Of a DNA stretch of 64,000 nt, positions 1 to 13,059 are shown in pieces. How positions within the stretch are numbered: the first letter of the stretch is position 1; each line of letters opens with the position of its first letter. Origin of the DNA: Zygnema circumcarinatum SAG 698-1b (lineage: Eukaryota; Plantae; Zygnematophyceae); assembly GCA_037447605.1 (NCBI GenBank), contig CM074809.1, positions 1,974,689 through 2,038,688 of the forward strand, read 5' to 3'. The notes beneath the pieces are model-generated. The model made no database searches. It worked only from the letters and a program-made list of their open reading frames with translations, and was not told where the DNA came from. Made by a program: the position numbers and the translations under genes.

Positions 1-557
1 GCGGTCCAAGAGAGTACTCGCATGGGAAGTTACTGAAACGCTCAAAGGAGTTTTTGCAGATTACAATGAATGCTGACTTCTCACAGTACATGGGAATGTA
101 GATCGAGATTGGTTGCGTCTTGGCACTCACATTTTGAATGAACACTACATTGGCAGAAGAATGTTCTTTCCGTTTTACACCTGCATTTGTCCGCTTCTTT
201 GCAAGCTTTAGCGGGAGATCCCTATCATACCTCACTATTTATTCTGGCTATTTTAGAAACTACTCTAGAACAGTCGAAGCTGGAACCACCGGGGAGAAAC
301 TCTAGAGTTCTTTTCTCAACTTGTTTTCTTCAATGCTCTACTGTCATATTAATGAATATGCAATGTATGCCTTGTTTTATTAGATAATAAAACATTAACT
401 GCAGAGCAATTGAAAATAGTGGCCCGGGAATACTTCAAGAAAAAAGTCAACTGCCTACAAAAAATGAACACTTTGTTTGAAATTGTTGCAGAGACTGAAA
501 CTTATGCAGGCCTTTCTGGAAGATGTTAAGCTCTGACTGATAACTGTGTTGGGACAG

Positions 558-3462
558 CCATGGGAGACCCTCTAGGTGGCTGTTGCCTCTCACCGTTCGG
601 CTATTCCCAGATGACGAACAAGGTGGGTGTGCTTCTCCTCCAACCCGAGCTCCTATGTCCATTCCAGCCTCATATCCGGCAGACATTGAGATCTGATGAA
701 AAGGTCCTTCGTGTGACTATTGATAGTCGACCTGTTGCCAACCTGACCGGACATTGTACAGATAGTGGAGTAGGAAAGCTAGTCATGGGTAAGATAAGGA
801 AAGACGACAACAGGCAGGCTTTCTAACCGGCTTTGTATGAGGGCCCTGCAGCTGAAGGAGCTTGCAGGAGGTCGTGTAGTTGTGGCTTTGGAGGGTGGTT
901 ACAACCTAAAGGCCATTGCAGCTTCATATGCAGCATGTGTCGCAGCACTATTGGGCGACGCACCACTCACGAAGTGGCCACCGCTCACTCCGCGGAAAGC
1001 TAGCCCTTCTGCACTCGAAGTTATCAGTCAGGCAAGACTTCTTTATGCTCAGATTTATCAGCGAAAATACCCTGAGTAGGCTATATTTGAGTAGTGCAAG
1101 TGGGCCTCTAGCAAGCCAATGTCAAGTGTTCTCAAAATCCTGGTTTTTTCTTCAACGTAAGACGGGAACAATGTTTGAAGTCAATTCACTTCCATTCAGA
1201 CAGCGTCCACCAAAGTGGCAGACAGGAAACCTTCAAGCTGGAAACTTGACTTGAAGTTGTTGTCGATGCAGGCCCGGAAAGCGCTTGCACCCTTCTGGCA
1301 TGGTTTGAGGGCAAAAACTGACGGAAACATGGATTTTCACCTTGTTGGGCAGCTACCTAAGGTATGTCAGCGCTGATTTTGTTTTTGAGATTGAAAGGTA
1401 ATCCTTGTTTAAGCTTGTCAAATTATTTTTACAACATTTTACTAAATTTGAAGGTATGAAGCGTGTGAAGCATGATATTGTCTTAGTAAAACTGTTGTTC
1501 ACAGGATGCAGATCGCTAGACGGTTCCTTCACGGTGTTGAGGAATAGATTAGAAGCGAGTGGTTAAGTGCGTGAGATACGACAAACATGCGGAATTCATC
1601 TTGGAGGTAGAGGAAGGCTGAAGGAGATTAATGTTGAAACAGGTGGCTGCTGCAGAGGGGCCGGAAGTCTATGAGCTCACCAATCAGTGAGACTAATGGA
1701 GGGCAGCTTGAACATGGAATACCACCTAAACTGGGAGATGTCATGTTAGCCTCTGCCGTGGAGGGAGATGGCTCTAACCCCCATCCGGACTCTCACTCTC
1801 CAATTAAGGATGTTGTCACTCCAGAAGAGGCGGAGTCGATGAATGCAACTCATGTATGGTATGCGAGTTATGGCTCCAACATGCTGAAGGAACGTTTTCT
1901 ATGTTACATCTTGGGTGGCCGCGTTGATGGCATGGCTTACCCCTGTGAGGGCTGCCGAGATCGTTCTCTTCCATTGGACGATCAATGGGTGGAAGTTCCT
2001 CACCGCGTGTGGTTTGGTCGCAAGAAGACTGCTACTTGGGGCGAAGGAGGAGTTTCATTTTTGGACCCTGAACGTTCAGCGCACACTTCATATATGCGGC
2101 TCTACAAAATTACGTAAGCTTTTCGCCCTTCTCTGCTCTAGTCTCCTTCGTTGCCTGCATTTTTAATCGCCATCCTTCTGTGGATTTTCTGCAACCTGCA
2201 GTCTGAAGTGTGGCTTCACTATATTCAGGGCTGTTGGTGGCTCCCCTTCGTTTTTTATTGTCCCCTTGCTCCCGTTCATTCCACCTTTTTGGACTTTTAC
2301 TGCTCTTTTAGTGTCATCTCTTTCTCTTTAGAGCTTGGAGCTTATGAATTCTGCATACTGCAATAGGTCACTTAACTGTATGAATTCGACATCTCACTCA
2401 TAAACGGCAAACGCAGCGTGATGGATAAATGCTGTTCTGATTTGCAGCTTTCAAAAGGTCTGGCTGCTATTATCCAACGAAGGCAACTTTTGCCCTCAGA
2501 ACCATCGAGCTTACGTGCTCGGCGTACTTGTGGTGTGGTTGTGCATGTTGGCAGGTTGGAGCAGGTTTGAGCGCTAATCTTTACTTAAGAAGATTACGTA
2601 TGACTGGAGCGTTGTCCTCCCCGGGCATCCTTCGTGTGTCTACTTTTTGCTCTTGCTTCGTCCCCTCCATACCATTTTTTCTTGTTCTTGCCGTCAGGAT
2701 AGAAGTGTAATGGGCCAGCTTGATTTCTGATGGGAATGCCTTCTGGATGATTCCTGGGCCTTCTCTCATTAACGTCCATGTCATGGGCGGCAGTTCAACG
2801 ACATTGTGGCACAAGAGAACTTGCGATCAAGTGGCAGTCTTGTGAGAGTGCACCATCTGAGGCTGCAGCAACTGCATTCGCTGCGCTCGTCGATTGATAG
2901 CAGGAGCAACAAATTCCCGACGCTTGAAGTTTTGCCTGTGAGCTGCATCACTTCCCCTCTCTGTAGACAAAATTGACTACAGTCGCTCTTCTAACATGTG
3001 CTTCTAGTGAGCCTGTCTTCGGCAACTAGTGTACTAACACACTTTCCTTGCATCGAGGCGAAAGTTCTCATGTTTAACAGCTCCTTCTGTTACACAGGAT
3101 TCTTGGTATGGAACGATTGTATTTCTTGGTGAAAGAGATGGGGCGCCTGTGCTGTCATTCACGTAAGTTAAAGCGTACCTCCTGTTTGTTAGACGTTGAT
3201 ACACAATTGCCGCTCCCTTTAATCGCAAAGGCGAGTGAACCTGGGAATGTGATGGCGTGGGATGATAGACTTTGATCATATGGATTGCTTTCGCAGGTGT
3301 TCTCAACAAGACGTTGAGAAGTTCTACACGGGAAAGTTCCCAGTGAATGCTCCGTCACCTACATATCACGCAGTGATAGCAAGAGGACTCGTTGAGGAGA
3401 AGGGGTTATCGGAGGAGGGAGCCCACTCGTACATCATGGAAAGGGCTCGTCCTCTCACTTGA
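558..3462 (+). CDS. HDA5: Class II histone deacetylase (HDA5-like), 3' part, with C-terminal GGCT-like domain; multi-exon, 5' exons not located (probably upstream of the window)
   Basis: Exons give AMGDPLGGCCLSPFGYSQMT, LAGGRVVVALEGGYNL and VISQ|ARKALAPFW (end of the HDAC fold). These are followed by VWYASYGSNM..RFLCYILGG, YKIT|LEQ|FNDIVAQEN and DSWYGTIVFLGERDGAPVLSFT, with the stop at 3460-3462. Confidence 0.85.
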
Positions 3463-4761
3463 CCACAGATTACGTGCTCCTTTTGGCATTTTGAAACTGC
3501 TCATCTTTATCCAATTGGTATCAGCCTTCATCGTTGAGGATGCTATCAAGACGGTCCTTCTACCTTCAACTTGGCTGTAATGGCTCTGTTCTTTGTACAG
3601 CATAAGGCGAGAGGGGTCATTCTGAAATCGGCAAGAGGAAACATTACTTAAGCTTGTTATCATTGATCACTTCATTCAGATTATTACAACGTCCGCAGTC
3701 TTTAGGGTTACTGAGCTTACTCCAGGTCACCATGCAGAGGCAACTTTGCGCCATGCAGGTAACATTGTGGTGTAGAAGCACTCGTGTAAATCAACCCCAT
3801 TCATTTTCAATAATATATGTACAGTGATAAAAGGCTGGTGAAGCTCCATGTGAGGTTCATTTGCGTGCTTGTAGTACAGGGTTGCAGGTCCCTTTAGTTC
3901 GTTTGGGCGGAAGACTGAGTAAAAGACCGTTACAGTACTGTAGTGACTCATTATCTAAAGCATCGGTTATTTTTGTTTCTCGGAAGCCTGGGTGCAGCAG
4001 CTGGATGTCAGTGGGTGCCCTAAATTGCAGGTGTTGGCGGCTGTCTCACAATGGGCCGTCTTTTTCCTTCATGGTACTCGTCGTTCCATTGGCTCGTCCG
4101 TTGAGTCACCTTTGGTCACGGTGATTGTGACTGAACCCTGAGACCTAGATTCTGTTGAACCGGAACCCTGAGGTCAGGGCAGCCCATAGGCCTCTTCACA
4201 GCTTCAGCTTGGAACCATTTTTCTTCGATTCTCCTCTCTTTTCTTGCCAAACACAAGAAAGAATAGAAATTGAAACCCCCTCACGGTCGAGAATGGCATT
4301 ACAGTCGTCTACCTCCACATTTAACAACAATCACAGTCAGTCAGTCACAGTTTTCTGACTGACACACATTTCTTCTCTACACAGAGACTGAACAAAAGTT
4401 GCACCAAGTTGGAGGGAAGTCATCAAGCTACACTCATTCATGGAATGTCGAGAATGTAAAATGGCATAAGAGCATGTACAAACACGTGAAAAGAACAAAT
4501 AGTTTACGTTTCTATAAGAAATCCCCCGCTCGTGCAAGCCTTCGCATCTTTGGCATCGCCCCCTGTGCCGGCACCCGGCGCTTCGAAATAAAAAGTGGTT
4601 GCAGCGGACAAGGAACGAGGATAAGCTATACACTGACAAATAATAAGCGCAACGTTGCATGCGCATTTTGTTGCCTTCGGAAAAAAATCAACTTACTACA
4701 AAAGTCTTCACTCGGTCTGCTTGGCCCTTTTCAAGGACGACCTCCCATCCACCCGAACCCA

Positions 4762-7700
4762 TCAAAGGACACTCTCCACCCATGTGACCACATTCTGACC
4801 CGCCTCCACCCGCAAGCGGCAGACATTGGCCGGCCTATCCAAGGAGAGTCCCGGGTCGCAGGGCATCAAGGTGGGCTCTTCGGAAAGAGCCTGAAACGAA
4901 ACATCTTCAACTCCATCTTGAAACATCACTTGAAGATTGATTTTACACGGCATAGTCACGGAAAGCACCAGTCGAGCCTTTAGGCTGTTTTCAGAATGTC
5001 TTGTTCGTTGGAGCGAGGCAGTAAATGAAGAGAATGTGCGGGTGAGTTCGCCGATGGGGCCCGGCCAGACTTGCAGAACACGATCACTGCAGAAAACAGA
5101 ACAGAAGGTAGGTAAGATGGTATCCAGAAGCCGTGGAGAGGAGAGGCAGCACAGCAAAATATTGTTAGTGGTGTCTTGGACAAAGAGAGGAAAAGAGAAA
5201 GTGGTTGGCCAAGCAACACAAGACAAAAGTAGATCAAACTCACAGTAGAAGTAGGGAAAAGCCTATTTTCAGAACCCTCTGAAAACTTTGTTGACAGATA
5301 CAAAGATTTGGGTTGTTCTTGACTAAAAGTGATGATAAGCGCAGGTGGGAGTGCGTCTGGAAAGCAATCTCAGTGCTCAGCGTGAAACGTCTAGAGTTTT
5401 GAAATATAATTGTATGCAAAAACTTTACTACGAAGTGAGCCAATGTCTCAAAACACGCAAACGTTCAATAACAGTTTCAGATTTATCTCCTAGACTCTGG
5501 ATTTGTTAACAGCCCTACTCCTAATTGAATGTTGTCAGGCCGAACTACGACCTCTCCAGCAATTTGGAGAGGTATTGTTCCTGAATAATAGACAGCTGCT
5601 GGAAGGGAAATGTCATGAGAGTGGGGGAGAGAAGTTTCATATAGAGGGCAGAGAAACTGAGTGTTAAACGGATTAAACGCAAGGATGGCACCCATGCAGC
5701 TCTTCATTGGCAAGTGGTGTCACGGCTACAGAGAGAAGCGAACAGTAGTACATACGAACCTTGGCTTTTCTGCAACATCCGTTTGACTGAGGACCGGAAA
5801 GACTGAAAAGACTGAAGTTTTCCAAGAGAAATGGAGAGTTAGACAGAGCGTGAGGTTGCCTGACCAGCACTAGACCTCTGTTTGTACGGAGTTCCCTCCA
5901 AATTAGCGTATTTTTTCATGTAAGGGCATAAGGGGCCGCTTCACCTTGTTAATGTCTTTATGGCCGAACTCATGGCAGGAGTGCGGGGCACAAGCGTGTC
6001 AGTGTCTTCGGGAATGAGCTCCAAGAGAGAAGCCTCCTTTATGTATATGGGCATGCGGTCCAAAGGAACTTCTTCTGTGATTTCCGTGGCAGCAGGCATC
6101 TTCTTTCCTGTCCAAAAATCCAGCCAGGTCACTGCATTCGGGAAGTAGACCTGCAGAAAAAGAAGCTTCCTTTGTATCAACTTGGATGTTGTGTTGTCTT
6201 TGTCTCTTAGTGTACTCACAGGCCTTTGTACAGAACTACCAAAACGTATCTTAATGCGTTCTGCGTTGCTTCCAAGCGTTAGTACATTGTGTCCCCTCGG
6301 CACAAGTCGATTGTCAGGAGGCTAATGATCCAGAACGATATGGTAGGTGCCAATATGGAGAAAAAATGCTCAAATCTCCGAAACTACCACTCTGGTGCAA
6401 CCCTAAAAATCCTAAAAACCCTAAAAACCCTAAAAACCCTAAAACCCTAAAACCCTATAAACTCTAAGGGCGGGAAAGCATCACGATTATGTGAGACTGG
6501 TGAAGAAACACACAGCATTCTGATTTAAATGCAGTATACTCATGCAGCTTTAGGATATCTGGACACCATATTAAGAGCTGTGAGAGACTCTGACCGAGGA
6601 GCGGTTGTCCTGTTGGTAGACGGGCGCTACAAGCAGGTCCGGTCCGAACATGTATTGCCACTTCCTCTGCGCGGCGACCCTGTCACCTTCAAAGCAGAGA
6701 GCCATGGGGCAGATGACGGGATGGCCCGCCTCCACTGCCCGGACCATGGCTGCCATCAGATAGGGAAAGAGCGACATGTGGAGTCGGGCAAAACGTTGAT
6801 AGACTTTCAAAGTGAAGTCATCATAGTTCCAAGGTCCATTGTTGGCTTGCCCGAACTGATGCATAAGAGGGGAAAGGGCTCTGCACAGCATTCAGTCAGA
6901 GGAGTTGAAGGACTGATCGAAGGGTGAGCAAAACGAAGTGGGCCACTTTTCTTTTTGTTTCAGCATATGGTCCGGTGACTTGACTCGTTTCATTTGGAGA
7001 TGATCCTACGCATGAATCAATTGGAATTTCCGGCGGTGTTTGAATCAAACCAGCGAATGATGCAGACATTTGCAGTGTCGTAAAGCATCGAAAAGTTGCT
7101 GCATCTCACCCGAGTTGTGTCCATCGAATGAAGAGGTCCCTGTCGACGGTTTTCCCAAAGTAGCCACCAATGTCGTGCCCCCAAAGAAATAGCCCTGATA
7201 AAGCTGCAGTTTGGCCCGCTATAATCACTGTGGGCAATCCCGCTACTGCATCCCATTTGGAGCGCTGATCACCTGCCCACACGAAGGATCTGGAGACACC
7301 TTCACCCAAAAAAACAATGAACAAGTTGACAAGTTCGGCCTAGTGATGCCCACAGCAGCTGAAGAAGCAGAAGCAGCATTATTCTGGGTTATTCATTTCC
7401 TAAGTTCCTTCCTCCCACCTTGCGGTGCCTGTAAAGGCACTGCGAGCCATGAGTACGCCATCTCCCTTAAGATACGTCTGAATGAAGCGATCCATGGCAT
7501 CCATATATGTCTCAACATACTGCATGGCAGCACAGACAACAGAAAAAAAAAAAGGAAAAAAAAAAAGGAAAAAAGAAAAAGAAAAGAAAAAAAAGAAAAA
7601 AAGTGGGCTGAGGGTAAAATTCAAAGGACAAAGGTCAAGGATGTCCAACTGGCTACAGTCTTTTTTGAGCAGAAATCTTATTTGTAAAGAGGAATTCGCC

Positions 7701-10700
7701 ACGCTGCTGAAGGCATGCATTCCTGACCCGTGTTCGCATACTAGAAAGGGGTGTCCCATCCTTGAAGATAGCCCCATCTTCGAAGTATTGTCCTTCCCCA
7801 TCGTCGCACTTGAAGCCGTGAGTGGTTCTCCATTGGAGAGTGCGGTTCAATCCTCGATGCCAAAAGTCAACGGCGGCAGGACTTGTGAAATCTACGCGAC
7901 CTCCCTTGCCCTTCCACCACTTCACCAGCTGCACTCTCCCCCCCATGTTGCAGGAGGGGGCAGAATAGAAATTCATCAAGTTGAGAGGAGGGAGGGAGAC
8001 GGGATGGGGGGAAGGAGAGTGTTGGCGGGAAGAGGAGAGGAGGAGAGAGAGAGAATGGATGAATAAGGGGAGACGGCTAAATTGGATCACGCAAATTTCA
8101 GAGAGTTAAGCTTGACAAGGTTTTGGTGCATAAGTATACAGACAAGCTTCAGAAGTCAGAACTTGCTTTTCCACCAGAGATAAACCTCACTACCGATTAT
8201 CAAAATCATGGGGTTATTCCCAATCTAAAGCACCTTGGCTCAGCTCCACTAGCACCTTATGGCCACAGCCTACACTAAACAAACCCAGATTGTTGATCAC
8301 GACCATATAACAGCAGGAGTGAAGGGGTGTTCACAAGCATAGGTATGGTCATAGGGAGGATGGTCTGAGCCGGGACAGAGTGACAGTAGAGTCTTGACTA
8401 AGATCCATTTATGTAAGAAAATTGTTTTGTAGTGTATTTATTTATTTATTTATTTTCAGATGTGGGATGTGGGAGATGGACCCTCACCTGACTGCCTCCC
8501 TGCGCGTCCTGCACCAAGTGACCATCTTTGTCAGCTTCAGCAAAATTCTCTGAAGGGCCTGCGACGATGCCTCGCATATCTTGACGATTGAGAGAATTGA
8601 CAAAGGGAGTGACCCAAAAAATGTTGTGGAATCTGCGCAGGAGCGGCCACTGTTCAGCAACCGGCCGGACCGCGGTTAGTAGCGGCCCTGCTTTGCAAAA
8701 ACACAAATGAACTGCTTTGCAGAAACACAAATGAACAATTCTGCAAAAGAAGAAAAGCAAAAAAAAACTCCTCCGTGTATCGTTTTAGCTGCTCACCCCA
8801 GCTCTTCAAGTCGCCGGAACATTTGATCTGCGTTTGGGAACTGGTCGGTATTAAGGACAAAGTCATTGTAGCCGCGAGACCACGGACTGTCAATCAGGAT
8901 GACCGATGCAGGAAGTTTATGCTTTCGGGTCAGTTCTGCATCTTCGATTACCTGAAGCCCAACCACCCAGTGAAGCATATGAAGCCAACAATCTGTGCGT
9001 TTCGCAGGTCTGCCAATCATTCCTTTCCTATTCTTCAGCAGGAAATGCTTAACTAATAATCAGCCAAAGATGAAGCTTTCTACCACATATACATGTCAAA
9101 CGCAGACCTCGGAGGAGCTGAAGTGGACATCTCTCCCTTTCCATGGGGCAAGTGCCCATGGAGGGGGGACCCGCGGTCTTCCCGAAAGAGCGGTAAAGTG
9201 TGAAAGTACATCCAGAAGTTTCGAGCCGCCAATGAGTATCACTTGCAGGGTTGAGACACGGTAACGCAGGACCTGCAAGCGTGGGTTTTCCATCAGAACT
9301 TGAAGAGCATCGTCGACTGCAACACACTATACTAGGACACAAATTCATTCCTCGTGTTATTCATATAGTGAAAAGTAAAATAAGGAGATATCTGGACAGT
9401 TTTTTTGCCATTTGACTATGAACACAGTATGGAATGTCCCTCTTCCCCTTTCGTTATGAATGTTGTGAAACTTGGAGGCTTGGCTTTTCTGAATTGTGTC
9501 CACATACAAGATAATCAGAGTCTGAAGGTGCGTTTGCACTGAATGTCCCACGGGCATACGACTTCACCCAAACACCATATCCAGCGGAACTCATAATGAA
9601 TGGGATCGGCTTATAAGACTTCTTCTCCTGCATCAGGCCAGTCCTTGCAAAGGTGGTCAATGTGACTACTTCTGACCCTCCACCTTAGCTGCCTTCCACC
9701 ACGAGCTTCCACAGTTATAGAGCCACGTTGCATTGCATGCTTTTGCAGGAGCACATTACAAAAGGAAAGACTGACAAAAGGATAAACAGAATGCATGACT
9801 AGTGACCAGTGACCAGTGTGCATCTCCACAAAAGCCTAGCCAAGGGAAACCAGATTGATGCTCAATAGGAAAATCTTCAAAATTGCAACCGACGCAAAAA
9901 TCAAAACAGAGACAGAGACAGTCGCATCCCTAAGTTCAAAAACTGTTCCCTTCAGTCCTCACCAGTGGTCGGTCCTTGCTTTCCATGGACAGCACATTGC
10001 CCTTCTGATCGACACTGTTGAACCGCTCCCCTCCACCGTACCATGACCTTTCAGGATCCCTCACTTTCACCTCAAACTGTGCCTCCAAAGGAATCGCAGT
10101 CACGTTTTCAGCTGCCTCTGCATTGGAAGGTGAATATGTTGTCCAAGTAATGGAGATAGCTGCATCGTCCAGAACCTCCACTTTCACATGCACTGAAGGC
10201 AAATCCTTGCCTGCATGTAAAAAATGGCCGAATTAATGGCAGACATTCGAACATTTGAGGTTATTGAGGGAATGAAGAGTTTTGAATAAGGTGTATAACT
10301 TGTATAAAAAAGGAACAGGAAGACCCTGTAACTTTCGAACTCTGGCAACTAGGAGTGTTACATGTTCTTGGTCTACTCAGGAAAAGGTCGAGAAAAATTC
10401 AACTAGAGCATAAGCCGCCAAGGATGAAGTCGTGCCAGGTTTCTGCCATGAATATCACGAGGCAGTATCACGTTATTCTACACTTCAATGCAGGATCTGC
10501 AAATTCTGGGCCCTTCATCGAAAGGGCAGCCATATTCCAAGGAAATAGGACAGTAGAAAAGGAGAACGCAGGCGCGGGGATGGTTAAGGGTGAGATGGTA
10601 GTAGGAACAAGAGTGTAACTAAAGAGGCCATAGAGAACAGAGAAAAAGAGCATGCAACAGGGTGACTGCTACCTGGGATTACGATTAAACCATCAGAGAA

Positions 10701-12695
10701 CAGTAGACCAACAATAGTTTGGACTAAAAGATACGGAATAGACGTCGCTGATAGGAAAATCTGACCCCTCTTCTCTCAAGGCACGTCCTGGGAAAAGTCC
10801 TAACACCTGGTTGTGGCCTTTGCTGAGACTCAGCTGCAACTTGAATAATGCGGAGCAGCACCTTCTGAATTTGTCCGACTGCTGTTCTCCTTATTTGCAG
10901 TCCATACAGCTGCTCCCGCTGATGTTAGCCGTAAGTCTGTTATAGGTTGCCCGTTGAGCAAGACAGGTTCTATTTCCAGCTGCATGGGCCCCCCGAAGCT
11001 TCTTGTACGGAGAACCACAAAGCCCCTACCAGAAGACTCCATAGCAACAGACATCCTGCATGGAGAACAAGAAGACAAAAGGTCTATCAAATACAGACAT
11101 GGTCCGATCACTTTTGCAGATTCCCGTTTGTAGCAACCCACTTGGAGATGATTAAATACTGTTCCAAGGGTTTCCTCTTAAGACTCCGCAAATGAGTAAA
11201 ACAAGAGTGGAATATCGAAGGTCTGTATAAGCTGAACTATCATGAACCAAGCTTCGAGGTAACAATAACATGACTCCTTAATTTTCAGTCTCCAGAGTCC
11301 AACGTAATGCACATCATTCTAATCGAAAAGTAGAAAGCAGTCCAGAGAATAAAAAAGACAAAAGAACAACTTCTCAACTACAGATTTTACTCACACAATG
11401 TGCAACCATAATTGAGCTAAGGGCATTAAGTTTGCTGAATTGTCATAAACTGTCTACAGGACATGAATGGGGCCACGTTGACGTCATCTTGACCACGGCC
11501 AGACCTCCTAACAAATGGATTTGCCATCGGCTCACTGACTATTTGAGCTAGTCTCGTAACAAGATAGCCGTAGGGAGCCTGCGCTGGACCCGAGTATTTG
11601 CGAATGACATGAACCGACGGAAACTGATGTAAAATGGGCAAAAGGGCTAGTTCAGCGTATATTTTGTTAAATTAAAAAATCCTGCAATGAACATAAAGTA
11701 CATTTCTACAAGGGGTTGGTGATGCAGTAATGGGAGACAAAAACGTGAGGGGCGGAAACAAAATAGCACTATTAATTTTTCACATACAGCAAAGCTCTTC
11801 AGTTTTTTTATTAGTCATTTTTGTGTGCTTTTTTATGAACACTGCTACTTCACGCAGACCATAGATGTGATTAAAATTGAAAAGGAGCTTGAGGTGCAAA
11901 TTTCTTCTAATGTCAAGAAAAGTGGTAGATTTGATGTCGGTTATCAAAGGATTGTTATCTCATTGCTAAATTGTAGCATTGTTAGGAATTGAGACCACTA
12001 CAGTCGGTCGTTGTCCTGGTGCAGTTTTGCCGTACCTCGCAAGCCCCTCTACGTAACCGGTACATCTACAGCTGGCATGAAATGGAAAAGGATTCCTGAG
12101 CTGAGAGGTGAATCCCAAATATAAGGAGAATCAAAAGCCAGAACGAAGCCCGCCGTCGTTTGTTACATGCTTACAAGTTTCTCGAATTGTAATTCAATAC
12201 ATTTCAAACCTTTCCTATGTTCGTGTTTCAAACAACGATGTTGAAGGTACGACTGCTTTGTGCTGCTTTGAACTCATTACTTGCCCTTTCAAAGACCCCT
12301 CTTTTCTCAAGTCAGCTAGCGACGGGTATGCAGCGAGTAATAAAGGAGGGCTATCCAGTAAAGCATCCAAATTACTCAGCATAACAAAGCTCAGAATTCT
12401 GCCCCTTGCTCTTCAGCGCGTGAAATGAACGACTTTGTGCCTTAAATATCAAGCAGACATCGCCTAGCCCTCACCTGACTCCTGATTCAAATGCCAGACC
12501 GATCAACACTCCTCAGACAATGCGGGTGGTGTAGCATACTAACCATCTGTTCTCAACACGAATCTGGCTTGCAGACTCCTCTACTCTTGACTTGGAAAAC
12601 ATTATGATCGCCACAATGATTGTCAGAAACAGCGGCAAAAATCGCGACGAGCGGGGTCCGCGTTTGAGCTGCCTCTGCGACCGTGCAGACGCCAT
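4762..12695 (-). CDS. Glycoside hydrolase family 31 (KxDxGE-type, bacterial/MYORG-like) with N-terminal transmembrane anchor; many exons
   Basis: Exon 1 is MASARSQ..RFLPLFLTIIVAIIMFS. Later exons give WYGGGERF, YKPIPFIMSSAGYG, PPPWALAPW, ILIDSPWS..FPNADQMFRRL, FWVTPFVN, nucleophile GFKCDDGE, acid/base WAGDQ, WGHDIGGY and YMFGPDLLVAP. The last exon DRVLQVWPG...VESVL* joins in phase (ag|t) to the donor near 5944. Confidence 0.85.
6399..6467. repeat. Interstitial telomere-like repeat (CCCTAAAAA/CCCTAAAA)n in a GH31 intron
   Basis: Four 9-mers CCCTAAAAA (one is TCCTAAAAA), two 8-mers CCCTAAAA, then degenerate CCCTATAAA and CTCTAA. Confidence 0.85.
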
Positions 12696-13059
12696 GGTGG
12701 CAGCGGCCTCAAGCCCGTTCAAAACCTGACTGATGCAAAGCTGCGCCTTTCAGAACCGTCTCCCTCGTGCAGCCATGGCGGTCCGGCACCCTCCCCCCGC
12801 AGAGCGACCCCCCCACCCCCGCAGGCAGACAGCAGCCTCCGCTTTCCCAGGCTCTCTGCGCGCCTCGCGGTCCCATGCAACGCAGTCCCGTTGAGCGTCG
12901 ATTCCCGCCCGCAGAACGACGCCCGCACATGGAGCAGGTCCGCAGCGCCGTTGCTGGGCCGTCTGTCGCCCGTTGCGCAGCACAGCACAGAGCCGGCCCG
13001 CAACGACTCGCTCCGCGCTTGTCGTTTTCTGCCCGGGACAACGCCCGCGCGCCCTGCGG

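Noticed and set aside
7540-7605. Lys-rich or Phe-rich ORF segments
   Set aside because: They come from an A-rich (U-rich on the sense strand) stretch of a GH31 intron.
8688-8735. 23-bp tandem duplication CTGCTTTGCARAAACACAAATGAA
   Set aside because: A two-copy local slippage duplication in an intron with no further structure.
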